Shown: positions 33,320-43,341 of the stretch, in pieces
How the letters are laid out: every line of letters starts with the position of its first letter
Position numbering within the stretch: position 1 is the stretch's first letter
Assembly: GCA_038207945.1 (NCBI GenBank)
Contig: JBBQZG010000002.1
Location: 5,888-69,887, forward strand
Length of the DNA: 64,000 nucleotides
Reading direction: 5' to 3'
Source of the DNA: Burkholderiales bacterium
GTDB lineage: Bacteria; Pseudomonadota; Gammaproteobacteria; Burkholderiales; Burkholderiaceae_C
The notes under the pieces: model-generated
What the model saw: only the letters and a program-made list of their open reading frames with translations
Databases searched by the model: none
Told to the model about the DNA's origin: nothing
Program-made: the position numbers and the translations under genes

Positions 33320-34261
33320 ATGACTGTTCAAACTGGAGTTTCCGGCACCGCCCTCACCATGGCGAATCCATGGGCGATGGTGCCTGCGCTGGGCCATCTG
33401 GGAGCCTATATTTCGGCCGTGAACCGTATGCCCATGCTCACCCTGGAAGAAGAGCAGTTGGCAGCGCGTAAATTGCGTGCAGACAATGATGTCGAAGCCG
33501 CAGGGCGGCTGGTGCTGTCGCATTTGCGGCTGGTGGTGTCGATTTCCCGCCAATACCTGGGCTACGGGCTGCCGCATGGCGACCTGATCCAGGAAGGCAA
33601 TGTGGGCTTGATGAAGGCAGTGAAGCGGTTCGACCCCGATCAGGGTGTGCGACTGGTGAGCTACGCCATGCACTGGATCAAGGCCGAGATCCACGAGTAC
33701 ATCCTGAAAAACTGGCGCATGGTCAAGGTTGCCACCACCAAGGCGCAGCGCAAGCTGTTTTTCAACCTGCGCTCGATGAAGCAGCGTTTTCGCAGTGCCG
33801 ACGCCATGGCAGATCTGGATTCGCACCGCGACACACTCAATGAGAGCCAGATTGATGCCATGGCTGCCGAGTTGAATGTCAAGCGCGAGGAAGTCATTGA
33901 AATGGAAGCCCGCCTCTCGGGGGGTGATGTGCTGCTCGACCCGACCGCATCCGACGATGGCGAAGACGCCTTTGGTCCGATCGCCTACCTGACCGATGCA
34001 GCCCATGAGCCCCTCGCCATGCTGGAAGCCCACCACCGTGACGTGCTCGCCAGCGATGGCATCGCGCTGGCGCTTGACACGCTTGACCCACGCAGCCGCC
34101 ATATTGTGGAAGAACGCTGGCTTAAGGTGAACGATGACAACTCAGGCGGCATGACCTTGCACGACTTGGCCGCGGTCTATGGCGTCAGCGCCGAGCGCAT
34201 TCGCCAGATCGAAGTGGCGGCCATGAAAAAGATGAAGAAGGCGCTGGTTGAGTTTGCCTGA
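33320..34261 (+). CDS. rpoH: Heat-shock sigma factor RpoH
   Basis: DLIQEGNVGLMKAV, RpoH box QRKLFFNLR, VSAERIRQIE; AGGAG RBS. Confidence 0.97.
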   Translation: MTVQTGVSGTALTMANPWAMVPALGHLGAYISAVNRMPMLTLEEEQLAARKLRADNDVEAAGRLVLSHLRLVVSISRQYLGYGLPHGDLIQEGNVGLMKAVKRFDPDQGVRLVSYAMHWIKAEIHEYILKNWRMVKVATTKAQRKLFFNLRSMKQRFRSADAMADLDSHRDTLNESQIDAMAAELNVKREEVIEMEARLSGGDVLLDPTASDDGEDAFGPIAYLTDAAHEPLAMLEAHHRDVLASDGIALALDTLDPRSRHIVEERWLKVNDDNSGGMTLHDLAAVYGVSAERIRQIEVAAMKKMKKALVEFA

Positions 34262-34367
34262 ACCTGGCTGACACAGTCGGCGTATGCTGCGCCACAATGC
34301 CCCTGACCGCCCCGGCCTCAAGGGCATTTTTACAAGAGCACACCAAGCGCCGTCAGCAGATCAAGTT

Positions 34368-34431
34368 TGCTGCATTTTTGATAGCTGCTTGCGCAATACC
34401 CACAATGGCTACAAGCCAAAATCGCTTAAAA
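34368..34431 (-). repeat. ~65-bp AT-rich repeat, intergenic copy
   Basis: Minus strand TTTTAAGCGATTTTGGCTTGTAGCCATTGTGGGTATTGCGCAAGCAGCTATCAAAAATGCAGCA. Confidence 0.75.
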
Positions 34432-34459
34432 GCTTCAGATTGACCCTACAAGCCCCTGT

Positions 34460-34900
34460 GCACCATCGTGGGCTTCCCTGGTGGTTCATCGCCTGACCTC
34501 AACCCGCGCACACTGGCAGAGCACCTGCCCAAAGCGTTGGGCCAGCCCGTGATTGTTAAAAACAAGGTGGGTGCGGGCGGCAACATCGCCGCCGACGATG
34601 TTGCCAAGGCCACACACAACCACACCATCGGCCTGATGATCAACGGTAACCTCACCACCGCCAAGTTGCTCAACCCAAAACTGGCTTGCGACCCGCTCAA
34701 AGACTTGACGCCAGGCAGCTTGATCGGTGTCTCGCCACTGGTGCTGATGGCCCCTTAAACTGCAGCAGACACCCCTGCCCAAGCCTTTTTGGTCGCCAGC
34801 AGGCACATGTCCCCTACCCCGGTCACGCTCAGGTGGCCACGGCCGTGGTTGGTGGCCAGTTGCCGCTGTCCATGTTACCCCCCCCGCGCTCGCCATGGCC
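34460..34900 (+). pseudogene. Degraded Bug/TctC tripartite tricarboxylate transporter substrate-binding protein
   Basis: VGFPGGSSPDL...LGQPVIVKNKVGAGGNIAA ends at a stop at 34758; later HVPYPG...VVGGQL fragment lies in another frame; no signal peptide. Confidence 0.8.
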
Positions 34901-34976
34901 CAAGCCAACTGCATACAGACAGATGCCGCCCTGTTTGGCGGCATCATCAAAACGCTGCGGGCGACTAACCCGTAAC

Positions 34977-35043
34977 TTTTTTATTGGCTTTCGCACCCTA
35001 AGCGCTTATATCCATTTGTTTTGATGCTATGTTTTAATTAGCA
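34977..35043 (+). repeat. ~65-bp AT-rich repeat, diverged intergenic copy
   Basis: ...CTAAGCGCTTATATCCATTTG...GCTATGTTTTAATTAGCA; shares CTTATATCCATT with copy 6891. Confidence 0.65.
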
Positions 35044-35123
35044 TTAAAGTGCTTTGCGCACGCCGCAGGAAGTGGGTACAGCCAGCCGACACATTCACCT
35101 GAACGGCCTCGGGTAACCTGCGC

Positions 35124-35471
35124 TTATTCTTGCGCGGCGCGAATCGTGTCGCGCCCGTTGCGGTCCTTGACACGACCGAGGTCGGCATCCAGCGCGCGGA
35201 TGAGTTTGTCAACGGCGGAGATGAAGGCACCAGCCATCTTGTCGGCATCGGCGGTCACGGTGACGGGTTGCCGACTGACCACGCGGGCCTCCAGGCGACA
35301 ACGTTTGTCGTTGACACCAGATTTGGAGCTGTCCAGGTCAGTCAAAAAGACTTCCAGACGGGTGATGTTCTCTTTAAACCTGGCCAGACGGCTGCTGGAT
35401 TCGTCCTGCACCCATTGGGCCAGGGACTCGCCACCCTGGATGTGGTCGTCGGTATTTACTTGTACTTGCAT
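35124..35471 (-). CDS. HPF/RaiA (sigma54 modulation, S30EA) family protein
   Basis: MQVQVNTD, ITRLEVFLTD, DKRCRLEAR. Confidence 0.85.
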   Translation of the reverse strand: MQVQVNTDDHIQGGESLAQWVQDESSSRLARFKENITRLEVFLTDLDSSKSGVNDKRCRLEARVVSRQPVTVTADADKMAGAFISAVDKLIRALDADLGRVKDRNGRDTIRAAQE

Positions 35472-35620
35472 GTTGTCTTTCCTTAGTTTTGTCCGGCGCG
35501 CTGGCCGGTGCGTTTGGTCAATGAACCTGACACCGTCACTTTACCTCATGCCCGTCCCAATGGGCACCGAAGCCTGCAGGGTTTACACACCCATCACAAG
35601 GCATCGGCGAAGCAATCCAT

Positions 35621-36232
35621 TTAGGGTGCAGCTGGCAGCAGTTGCCTCACATCCGCTGCCGTCAGCTCTGGTTTCGTGCCATAGCGGGTGAACAGACGCA
35701 GCCTGCCGGTGGTGTCATACACATAGCTGCCTGCCGTGTGGTCAATGGTGTAGCTGGTGGGCGTGGGGCCGTCAACTTTCTTGTAGTACACCTTGTAGTC
35801 TTTGGCCAGTGCGGCAGTTTTTTCTGGCGTGGTGTAAAGCGCCAAAAAACTTGGATCAAAAGCGGCCATATATTCCTTGAGCATCTCGGGCTTGTCACGC
35901 TCGGGATCGACCGAGACAAACAGGCCCTGAACGCGATCACCATCTTTGCCCAGCAGTTTTTTGATCTCGGCCATCTCGGCCATGGAGGTCGGACAGACGT
36001 CAGGGCATTGGGTGTAGCCAAAGAACACCATGACCACTTTGCCCCGAAAATCCTTGAGCGTTCGGGCTTGGCCATTGTGGTCAGTCAAGGCAAAGTCTTT
36101 GGCGTAATCGGCGCCAGTGATGTCAATCGCGGTGAATTTCTGAGCATCTGGTGAACATGCAGTAAACAGGACTGCAGCCGCCATCGCTATTGTGCAAGTT
36201 GCTATTGATTTAAGAGCGTTTCGTTTGTTCAT
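35621..36232 (-). CDS. SCO1/SenC copper chaperone lipoprotein
   Basis: Lipobox FTAC, FGYTQCPDVCP, SVDPERD, IDH. Confidence 0.93.
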   Translation of the reverse strand: MNKRNALKSIATCTIAMAAAVLFTACSPDAQKFTAIDITGADYAKDFALTDHNGQARTLKDFRGKVVMVFFGYTQCPDVCPTSMAEMAEIKKLLGKDGDRVQGLFVSVDPERDKPEMLKEYMAAFDPSFLALYTTPEKTAALAKDYKVYYKKVDGPTPTSYTIDHTAGSYVYDTTGRLRLFTRYGTKPELTAADVRQLLPAAP

Positions 36233-36270
36233 GGGTCAATCATAAACCTGGCCTGCCCAACGCCAGACGG

Positions 36271-37170
36271 TCACACATAGTGGTCAATCAGCAGCGCGGC
36301 AAACAGCAGGCTCAAATGGATCAACGAAAAGCGAAAAGTTTTGCGTGCCAACAGGTCAGAGTATTCACGCCAGAGCCAGTAACCATGCAGGCAAAAGCCG
36401 GCATTCAACACCACAGCAGCCGCCAGATACAGCCACGAACTCATGCCGTAAATGAACGGCAACAGGCACGCTGCAAACAGGATGAAGGTATAGAGCAGCA
36501 CCATCAAGCGGGTGAACTCATTGCCATGGGTCACCGGCAGCATGGGCAGGCCGGATTTGCGGTAGTCTTCCACCCGGTAAAGCGCCAGCGCCCAGAAGTG
36601 CGGCGGTGTCCACAGGAAGATGATCAAAAACAGAATCAGGGCTTCCGGCCCCACGTTGCCCGCCATGGCAGCCCAGCCCAGCACCGGCGGCATGGCACCC
36701 GAGGCGCCACCGATGACAATATTCTGCGGCGTCAGGGGTTTCAAAATCAGGGTGTAAATCACCGCGTAACCGATGAAAGTGGCAAAGGTCAGCCACATGG
36801 TGAGCGGGTTCACGGCAAAGTACAGCAGCGCTGAACCAGCGGCGCACAAGGTGGCTGAAAACAACAGCGTTTGGCGGTCGCCCAATTCGCCTTTGGCGGT
36901 GGGCCGCCAGGCGGTACGCTTCATTTTGGCGTCAATGCTTTTTTCGATGATGCAATTGAACGCGGCGGCAGCACCAGCGACCAGCCAGATCCCCACGCAC
37001 GCCATGGCAGCCACAACGACCTCCTGCCACGACGGCACGCCAGGCACCGCCAGCACCATGCCAATCAAAGCGCAAAACACAATCAACTGAATCACACGCG
37101 GTTTGGTCAGCGCGTAATACTGGGAAAAGGCTGACATGGTGGCCGGTCGAGCAAGGGTACTCACGCACAT
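36271..37170 (-). CDS. cyoE: Protoheme IX farnesyltransferase (heme o synthase)
   Basis: [28 protein letters not shown]. Confidence 0.95.
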   Translation of the reverse strand: MCVSTLARPATMSAFSQYYALTKPRVIQLIVFCALIGMVLAVPGVPSWQEVVVAAMACVGIWLVAGAAAAFNCIIEKSIDAKMKRTAWRPTAKGELGDRQTLLFSATLCAAGSALLYFAVNPLTMWLTFATFIGYAVIYTLILKPLTPQNIVIGGASGAMPPVLGWAAMAGNVGPEALILFLIIFLWTPPHFWALALYRVEDYRKSGLPMLPVTHGNEFTRLMVLLYTFILFAACLLPFIYGMSSWLYLAAAVVLNAGFCLHGYWLWREYSDLLARKTFRFSLIHLSLLFAALLIDHYV

Positions 37171-38363
37171 CTTTCAGGTTCAGGGTGCGCTGAGGTCAGC
37201 GCCTGGCGCGTCCCATGTTTGGCGGTCACTTCGTTGGACACCACCGACGACGCGTTGGCCAGGATCCAGGTTAACGTCAGCACCAGCGCAGCTGCTCCCC
37301 CGGTGTGCAACAGCGCAGCCAACAGCGGCCAGTCCAGGACCACATTGCTCAAGCCCGTGGCCAGTTGCAGGCCCACCAGCACCGCCAGCATCCGGCTATG
37401 ACCGCGCCAGCCCGCATGGCGATTGAGTTGCCACGCCAGCAGTGCAAGCACCGTCAGCACTAGGTAGGCCATCAGCCGATGCACATAGTGAATCGCGGTC
37501 AACGCGGCAAAGCTGATGGGTTCACCCCCTGATGTCATACCCAAATGCCGCCACAACTCAAAGCCCTGTGCAAAGTTCATCTCAGGCCACCAACGGTTTT
37601 GACACAGCGGGAAGTCGCTGCACGCCAGCACGGCGTAATTGGTGCTGACCCAGCCGCCCAGCAAAATCTGCACCCCAAGCAGTGCAGCAACGACACTGGT
37701 CCATCGTCGCAGTGAAACTGACAGGGGACGCCGCACTGGCATGGCGCCGCCGCGCACCGCCTGCACACATAACAAAACCAGCAGCACCAGCGCACCGGCA
37801 AGATGCAGCGTGACAATGGCGGGAAACAATTTCATGGTCACCGTCAAGGCCCCAAATGCACCTTGTACACAGACCCAGACCAGAGTGGCGGTGGCCCACC
37901 AAGGCGACAGGTCCGACAGGGCTTGCGGTTGGTGCAGGCGGACTTTTGCACGCCAGGCCAGCCAGCTTGTCACCGTCATCGCCACAATCAACGCCCCGAC
38001 ACCCGTGGCCAGATAACGGTGAACCATCTCGATCCAGGCTTTGGCTTGTGTCACCGGACCGGTCGGCATGGCGGCTTGTGCGGCAGCAATGGCGTGGTTG
38101 GCGCCCAGCGGTGAGGTGTTGCCATAACAACCCGGCCAGTCCGGGCAACCCAGGCCCGAATCGGTGAGCCGGGTAAAGGCGCCAAACAGTACCAGATCAA
38201 ACGTCAGAAACAGGGTAAACAGCCGCAACGCCTGCGCCCGTTGCAGCGGCGCGCTGTGACGCGTGCGCCAGAACACCCAAGCCAACGGTCCCAATGCCAG
38301 CAGTGCACCCACGCCCATCAGGCTGGCCAGTGGCGTCAGGTCGTAAAGGGGTTGAGCGTTCAT
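37161..38363 (-). CDS. ctaA: Heme A synthase COX15/CtaA
   Basis: [32 protein letters not shown]. Confidence 0.93.
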   Translation of the reverse strand: MNAQPLYDLTPLASLMGVGALLALGPLAWVFWRTRHSAPLQRAQALRLFTLFLTFDLVLFGAFTRLTDSGLGCPDWPGCYGNTSPLGANHAIAAAQAAMPTGPVTQAKAWIEMVHRYLATGVGALIVAMTVTSWLAWRAKVRLHQPQALSDLSPWWATATLVWVCVQGAFGALTVTMKLFPAIVTLHLAGALVLLVLLCVQAVRGGAMPVRRPLSVSLRRWTSVVAALLGVQILLGGWVSTNYAVLACSDFPLCQNRWWPEMNFAQGFELWRHLGMTSGGEPISFAALTAIHYVHRLMAYLVLTVLALLAWQLNRHAGWRGHSRMLAVLVGLQLATGLSNVVLDWPLLAALLHTGGAAALVLTLTWILANASSVVSNEVTAKHGTRQALTSAHPEPERCA

Positions 38364-38374
38364 CGGGGTGTGCC

Positions 38375-39052
38375 TCAGCGCCCGGCCGGGTCCCAGGCCA
38401 GGGAAGCGCGCAGCAAGCGCTCCATGTCGCGCTTGGCCTTGGCTGCCGCTGCACTGTCCAGGCGCGAAGGAAACCGCATCATGGTGTTGCCCATCGGGTC
38501 CACCACATAAATGAAGTCTTGCTGGGCTTGACCGACAGGCGCAGGGAGCCAGGTGTTGAGCGTGTCTGCGTCCACCCGCAGTACCGTGGCACTGTCGTGC
38601 TTCAGGCTGGCGGCAAGTTTGGGGTCCACAGCAGCTTGGTCGTTGATCAGCCAGAGCCAGTCCATGCGGTCCATGTCTTTGCCCAGCATCAGACGAAACT
38701 GGCGCAAGACGGTGAGTTGTTTCTGACAGTCTTGCACACAAGCCCCCCCATCCACCTTGACCAGCAGCCACTGCGCTTTAAGGGAAGGCAACGGCACCTT
38801 GGCGCCATCCAGGCCACTGGCCTGTGCTTGCGGCACCGGACGCACCGGGGTAATCAGTTCCCCAAAACCGGCCTCCCCTTGCGGGCGCACCACGTAAAAC
38901 ACAAAGTAGGCTACCAGCACGGGCAGCGAGCACGCCAGCAGGATCGCCAACAGTTTCAAGCGCCCACTCAACACGGAACCAGCGGCTTCTCCGGGCTTGG
39001 GCAAAGAATGCACAGCCAGCCCCAACGTCTCATCTGTCCGTGGATGACTCAT
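38375..39052 (-). CDS. Conserved cox-cluster membrane protein (thioredoxin/SCO-like fold)
   Basis: GRLKLL TM, CVQDC, YVVDPMGNTMMRFP; between SURF1 and ctaA. Confidence 0.8.
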   Translation of the reverse strand: MSHPRTDETLGLAVHSLPKPGEAAGSVLSGRLKLLAILLACSLPVLVAYFVFYVVRPQGEAGFGELITPVRPVPQAQASGLDGAKVPLPSLKAQWLLVKVDGGACVQDCQKQLTVLRQFRLMLGKDMDRMDWLWLINDQAAVDPKLAASLKHDSATVLRVDADTLNTWLPAPVGQAQQDFIYVVDPMGNTMMRFPSRLDSAAAAKAKRDMERLLRASLAWDPAGR

Positions 39053-39759
39053 GAACCTTCACACTTGCGCAAACTGGCAAACAGATAAAACAACAGCAAC
39101 GCAGCTGCCATGCCAAACCATTGAAATGCGTAGCCGCGATGCATGCCCACACGATCTTCAGACGGTGCCCAGTGGCGCACCAACGTGTCGGAGGCATCGC
39201 CGCCGGTTTGCTGCAACACCACCGGTTGCAGAGGGTGACCAATCATCTTCTCGAACCGGGGCATGTCCACCCGCGACCACAGTTCGACCTGCACTTCGGG
39301 GTGGTCAGGCATCAAAAAGAATTTTTTGGTGGATGGCACCGTGGCCAGGCCAACAATCTGAACACGTCCTTCAGGTGTGGCAACCACAGGCAACACTGCG
39401 CGACCCTGGCTCCAGCCAACCCAGCCACGGTTCACAAGAATTCGGGTGTCACTGCCTTCAATGTGCAGCGGGGTAATGACGTGCACCCCAGGCTGACCAT
39501 TTTCTTGCCGGTTGTCCAGAAAAACCTGGTGTTGTGCCTCAAAAGTACCTGCTACTGCCAACGGCACGTCCTGCACAGCCTGTGGGTCGAGCAACTGGCC
39601 GGTAACCACCGTTGGGCCAAGCTGACCGCGAAGCGCGCGCTGAGAAAGCTCGGCAGCCAGGCGATCGCCCTTACCGCTTTGCCACAAGCCGAGGTAAATG
39701 AACATCACCATACCCAGCAACATGGCCAGGGTGGGAATCAACCGAATTTGAAAACGCAT
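39049..39759 (-). CDS. SURF1/Shy1 cytochrome oxidase assembly protein
   Basis: LGLWQ, LVNRGWV, HRGYAFQWF. Confidence 0.92.
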   Translation of the reverse strand: MRFQIRLIPTLAMLLGMVMFIYLGLWQSGKGDRLAAELSQRALRGQLGPTVVTGQLLDPQAVQDVPLAVAGTFEAQHQVFLDNRQENGQPGVHVITPLHIEGSDTRILVNRGWVGWSQGRAVLPVVATPEGRVQIVGLATVPSTKKFFLMPDHPEVQVELWSRVDMPRFEKMIGHPLQPVVLQQTGGDASDTLVRHWAPSEDRVGMHRGYAFQWFGMAAALLLFYLFASLRKCEGS

Positions 39760-39819
39760 GGGGTGCACGAGCCGATGGTAAGTGAGCATAATGCAGCGAA
39801 ACTTTTCAGAAAACCTGCA

Positions 39820-40026
39820 ATGCTGGCAAAAATTTTAATTCTGACGACTTTGGCACTGGTTTTGGTAAGCCTATTCAGTGCGCTTGCCATGCTGTTCAAG
39901 AGCGACGACCCCTCCAAGCGCAAACTGGTGGTGCAAGCCCTGACCGTGCGCATCAGTTTGTCGATTGGGTTGTTTATCGCCCTGCTGGCCAGCTTCTACT
40001 TTGGCCTGATCCCTGGCCGGGGGTGA
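39820..40026 (+). CDS. Twin transmembrane helix small protein (DUF2909-like)
   Basis: SLFSALAML...ALTVRISLSIGLF; usual opposite-strand position between coxC and SURF1. Confidence 0.8.
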   Translation: MLAKILILTTLALVLVSLFSALAMLFKSDDPSKRKLVVQALTVRISLSIGLFIALLASFYFGLIPGRG

Positions 40027-40095
40027 AAATACCGGGACAAGTCAAAGCATGAGCGGCGGAGTGAAGGACAGTCGCCCGGATTCAGGCGACGTCGG

Positions 40096-40959
40096 TTAAA
40101 GAATGTAAACAAACACAAACAAAATCAGCCAGACCACGTCCACAAAGTGCCAGTACCAGGCCACTGCTTCAAACGCAAAATGGTTGTGCTCTGAAAAATG
40201 CCCCTTCATGCTGCGCCCCAACATGACCATCAACATGATGGTACCCAGCGTGACGTGCAAGCCGTGGAATCCAGTCAGGATGTAAAAAGTGGCACCGTAA
40301 ACACCAGCGCCCAAGGTCAGGCCCAGTTCCGCGTAAGCGTGTGCGTATTCGTACACCTGGAAACCCATGAAGGTCATACCCAGTGCCACCGTCAGGGCCA
40401 AACCCCAATTCAACTGGCTGCGCTTGCCTTTGATCAGACCCCAATGGGCCCAGGTCAGGGTCGCCCCCGATGTCAACAGCAGCATGGTGTTGATCGCTGG
40501 AATACCCCAGGCATGCATCGGCGTGAAGGCGTCACCCATGGGCCCAGCACTTGGCCACGCACTGGTGAATTTCTCATAGGGTGTGAATATGGCCTCGTAG
40601 CCACCTAACTCGGGCAGTGAAATCTGGCGAATGTAATACAGAGCACCAAAAAAACAGGCAAAAAACATCACCTCAGAAAAGATGAACCACACCATGCCAA
40701 TGCGGTACGACCGGTCTTCCCATGCCGTGTAGGCACCACGCATGTTCTCACTGATCAAATCGCCAAACCAGCCCACCACCACATAGGTGATGAATCCAGC
40801 ACCCAGCAACATGCTCCAGAGGCCCTCTGGCGTACCGTTGATGCGGAAGATAAAGCCCAGCGCCAACATGAAAATACCCACCGACAAATACGTGGAGTAG
40901 TGGCTGGCCGCAGGCACAAAGTAGTGTCCGCGCGCAGCAGTTTGGGTTGCGTGAGTCAT
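40096..40959 (-). CDS. coxC: Cytochrome c oxidase subunit III
   Basis: FIFSEVMFF, TGFHGLHV, WYWHFVDVVW. Confidence 0.95.
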   Translation of the reverse strand: MTHATQTAARGHYFVPAASHYSTYLSVGIFMLALGFIFRINGTPEGLWSMLLGAGFITYVVVGWFGDLISENMRGAYTAWEDRSYRIGMVWFIFSEVMFFACFFGALYYIRQISLPELGGYEAIFTPYEKFTSAWPSAGPMGDAFTPMHAWGIPAINTMLLLTSGATLTWAHWGLIKGKRSQLNWGLALTVALGMTFMGFQVYEYAHAYAELGLTLGAGVYGATFYILTGFHGLHVTLGTIMLMVMLGRSMKGHFSEHNHFAFEAVAWYWHFVDVVWLILFVFVYIL

Positions 40960-40974
40960 TTTTTTCCTTAAAGG

Positions 40975-41547
40975 TCAGCTTTTCGCCTTGATGGCTTCAA
41001 AAAAAGCGTAGGAGAGGGTCACCGTGCCCAAGTCACGGTCCAGCTTGGGGTTAACCACAAACACAACCGGCATCACACGGGTCTCGCCAGGCTGAAAGGT
41101 TTGCTGGCTAAAACAAAAACATTCCAGCTTTTCAAAATGCGCTGCCGCAACAGCGGGCGTCACGCTGGGAACCGCCTGTCCGACAAAGACCTGATTGGAG
41201 GTGTTTGTCACGGTGTAATTCATGCGCGAAATCGCACCTGGATGGATGCGGATAGAAAACTGGTCAGGCTTGAACGTCAATCCGACACCTGGCATGGAAT
41301 GGCTTAAAAACTCCACATTGACAGACCGGGACAAATCAACCTGGGTGTTTTGGTCTGCCAGCATGGCCACTTTGTTGGTTTTGCCATTGAGACCGGTGAG
41401 TTCACAAAACACGTTATACATTGGCACCATGGCAAAGCCAAAGCCAACAAAAAAAAGTGCCACAAACCCCAGCTTGACCGCCATGCGCAGGTTGCTGCGC
41501 TGGCGCTCAGCCGCCGTGGTGTTGGTCAAAACGGGCGATATTTCCAT
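40975..41547 (-). CDS. ctaG: Cytochrome c oxidase assembly protein CtaG/Cox11
   Basis: VPMYNVFCELTG, KLECFCF; start may instead be TTG 41529. Confidence 0.92.
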   Translation of the reverse strand: MEISPVLTNTTAAERQRSNLRMAVKLGFVALFFVGFGFAMVPMYNVFCELTGLNGKTNKVAMLADQNTQVDLSRSVNVEFLSHSMPGVGLTFKPDQFSIRIHPGAISRMNYTVTNTSNQVFVGQAVPSVTPAVAAAHFEKLECFCFSQQTFQPGETRVMPVVFVVNPKLDRDLGTVTLSYAFFEAIKAKS

Positions 41548-41672
41548 ATAGAACCTAAAAAGACCGCCAACACAATGACCCCAAATACATAACCCAAGCG
41601 CTTGTTGCTGCGCTTGCGCTTGTCCCACTCCTGCGCGTCAAAACCATTTTTTTGCGTTTCAGGCAATTTCAT
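41526..41672 (-). CDS. 48-aa cytochrome oxidase small assembly protein
   Basis: Manual translation MKLPETQKNGFDAQEWDKRKRSNKRLGYVFGVIVLAVFLGSIWKYRPF; basic NxRLG motif plus one TM, between coxA and ctaG. Confidence 0.72.
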   Translation of the reverse strand: MKLPETQKNGFDAQEWDKRKRSNKRLGYVFGVIVLAVFLGSIWKYRPF

Positions 41673-41692
41673 GAGCGTCTCAATCAGGTGGC

Positions 41693-43297
41693 TCATTTGA
41701 TGACAGGAGGGGTCTCAAAGGTGTGGTACGGGGCAGGCGAAGGCACGGTCCATTCAAGACCTTCAGCGCCTTCCCAAGCCTTGTCACCCGCTTTTTCACC
41801 ACCTTTGATGGTCTTGTAAACGTTGTAAACAAAGATCAGGTGAGATGCCCCCAAGATGAATGCGCCGGTACTGGAGATCATATTCCACTCGGTGAACATC
41901 ACCGGGTAGTCAGGAATACGGCGTGGCATACCAGCCAGACCGACAAAAAACTGGGGAATGAAAGTGATGTTGAAACCCACCACAGCAACCCAGAAATGCC
42001 ACTTGCCCAGCGTTTCATTGAGCATGTGGCCAGTCCATTTGGGTAACCAGTAATACACCGCCGCCATCGCACCCATCACCGCAGACGGGTAAAACGCGTA
42101 GTGAAAGTGCGCCACCAGAAAGTAGGCGTTGTGGTACTGCGGATCAGCGGCAGCGTCCGATAACGCCAGACCAGTCAAGCCACCCCAGCCAAACAGCACC
42201 AAAAAACCCAGGGCAAACAGCATGGGCGTCTCGAACGACATCGAACCCTGCCAGATCGTGGCGATCCAGCAGAAGAACAGCACTGCCAGCGGGAACGAGA
42301 TCGCCATAGTGATGTACATGAAGTAGATCTGGCTGCCCAGCGACATGCCACTGGTGAACATGTGATGCGCCCACACCACCAGGCCCAGGCCAGCAATCGC
42401 CCAGAAGGAATACACCTGTGCCTTGTAGCCATAAATGGGCTTGCGGGCAAACGCCGAAAACACATGGGGCAGTGCGCCGGCAATTGGCAGCAGCAGCACG
42501 TACACCTCAGGGTGACCCATGAACCAGAAAATGTGCTGCCACAACACGGGGTCACCACCGCCAGCGGCGTTGAAGAAGTGGGTGCCAAAGTGGCGGTCCA
42601 TCAGCACCATGGTCACGCCACCGGCAAACACCGGCATGATGGTGATCAGCAACACGGCTGTCATCAGGAAACCATGTGCAAACAACGGCATTTTCATCAG
42701 CGTCATGCCCGGGGCGCGCATGTTCAAGATGGTCACAATGACGTTTATGGAGCCCAAAATGGAAGACACACCCAGCATGTGAATGGCAAAAATGGCAAAG
42801 TCCATACCCCAGCCGCTCTGAATGGACAGGGGCGCGTACAGCGTCCAACCCGTGTCCACAGCGCCAGGCCCAACGCCCATGATCCCCAGGAAAAACGGCA
42901 GTGTCAGCATGATGGCAGCAGGCGGCAAAATCCAGAAACCCCAGTTGTTCAACCGCGGCAAGGCCATGTCAGGCGCGCCGATCATCATGGGCAACATGTA
43001 GTTGGCCAAACCGGTGGCCACTGGCATGGCAAAACCAAACACCATGATCAACCCATGCAGCGTGATGAGTTGGTTGAACAACTCGGGCTGCACAAACTGC
43101 AATCCAGGCTGAAACAGCTCAAGGCGCACCACCAAAATCATGGCACCACCGACAAACAGCATGGTAAAACCAAAAATCAGGTACATGATTCCGATGTCTT
43201 TGTGGTTGGTGGTTTCCAACCAGCGGAGAAATCCGCCCTTGTAATGCCCGTCGTGTGAATCACCCACCGGCAAGCCATGTGCCATATCGTGTGCCAT
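41693..43297 (-). CDS. coxA: Heme-copper oxidase subunit I, A1-type, K-channel residues absent
   Basis: TNHKDIG, LHG, PDMALPRLNN, GHPEVY, WAHHM, HFHY, MPRR; PLAVL where PTGVK is canonical. Confidence 0.95.
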   Translation of the reverse strand: MAHDMAHGLPVGDSHDGHYKGGFLRWLETTNHKDIGIMYLIFGFTMLFVGGAMILVVRLELFQPGLQFVQPELFNQLITLHGLIMVFGFAMPVATGLANYMLPMMIGAPDMALPRLNNWGFWILPPAAIMLTLPFFLGIMGVGPGAVDTGWTLYAPLSIQSGWGMDFAIFAIHMLGVSSILGSINVIVTILNMRAPGMTLMKMPLFAHGFLMTAVLLITIMPVFAGGVTMVLMDRHFGTHFFNAAGGGDPVLWQHIFWFMGHPEVYVLLLPIAGALPHVFSAFARKPIYGYKAQVYSFWAIAGLGLVVWAHHMFTSGMSLGSQIYFMYITMAISFPLAVLFFCWIATIWQGSMSFETPMLFALGFLVLFGWGGLTGLALSDAAADPQYHNAYFLVAHFHYAFYPSAVMGAMAAVYYWLPKWTGHMLNETLGKWHFWVAVVGFNITFIPQFFVGLAGMPRRIPDYPVMFTEWNMISSTGAFILGASHLIFVYNVYKTIKGGEKAGDKAWEGAEGLEWTVPSPAPYHTFETPPVIK

Positions 43298-43341
43298 TGC
43301 CAACTCCTTCTACTGAATTTCTGAAATTTGATGCGTCGTGA

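Noticed and set aside
37161-38771. 536-aa extended CtaA and 428-aa extended TauE (46783-48069) from the ORF track
   Set aside because: The extensions overlap other real genes; internal ATGs at 38363 and 47550 give normal-length proteins.
41693-43297. coxA as a pseudogene or a classical NO reductase (cNOR/qNOR)
   Set aside because: Frame intact, all metal ligands and the active-site Tyr present, overall sequence clearly A1-type with CuA subunit II and subunit III.
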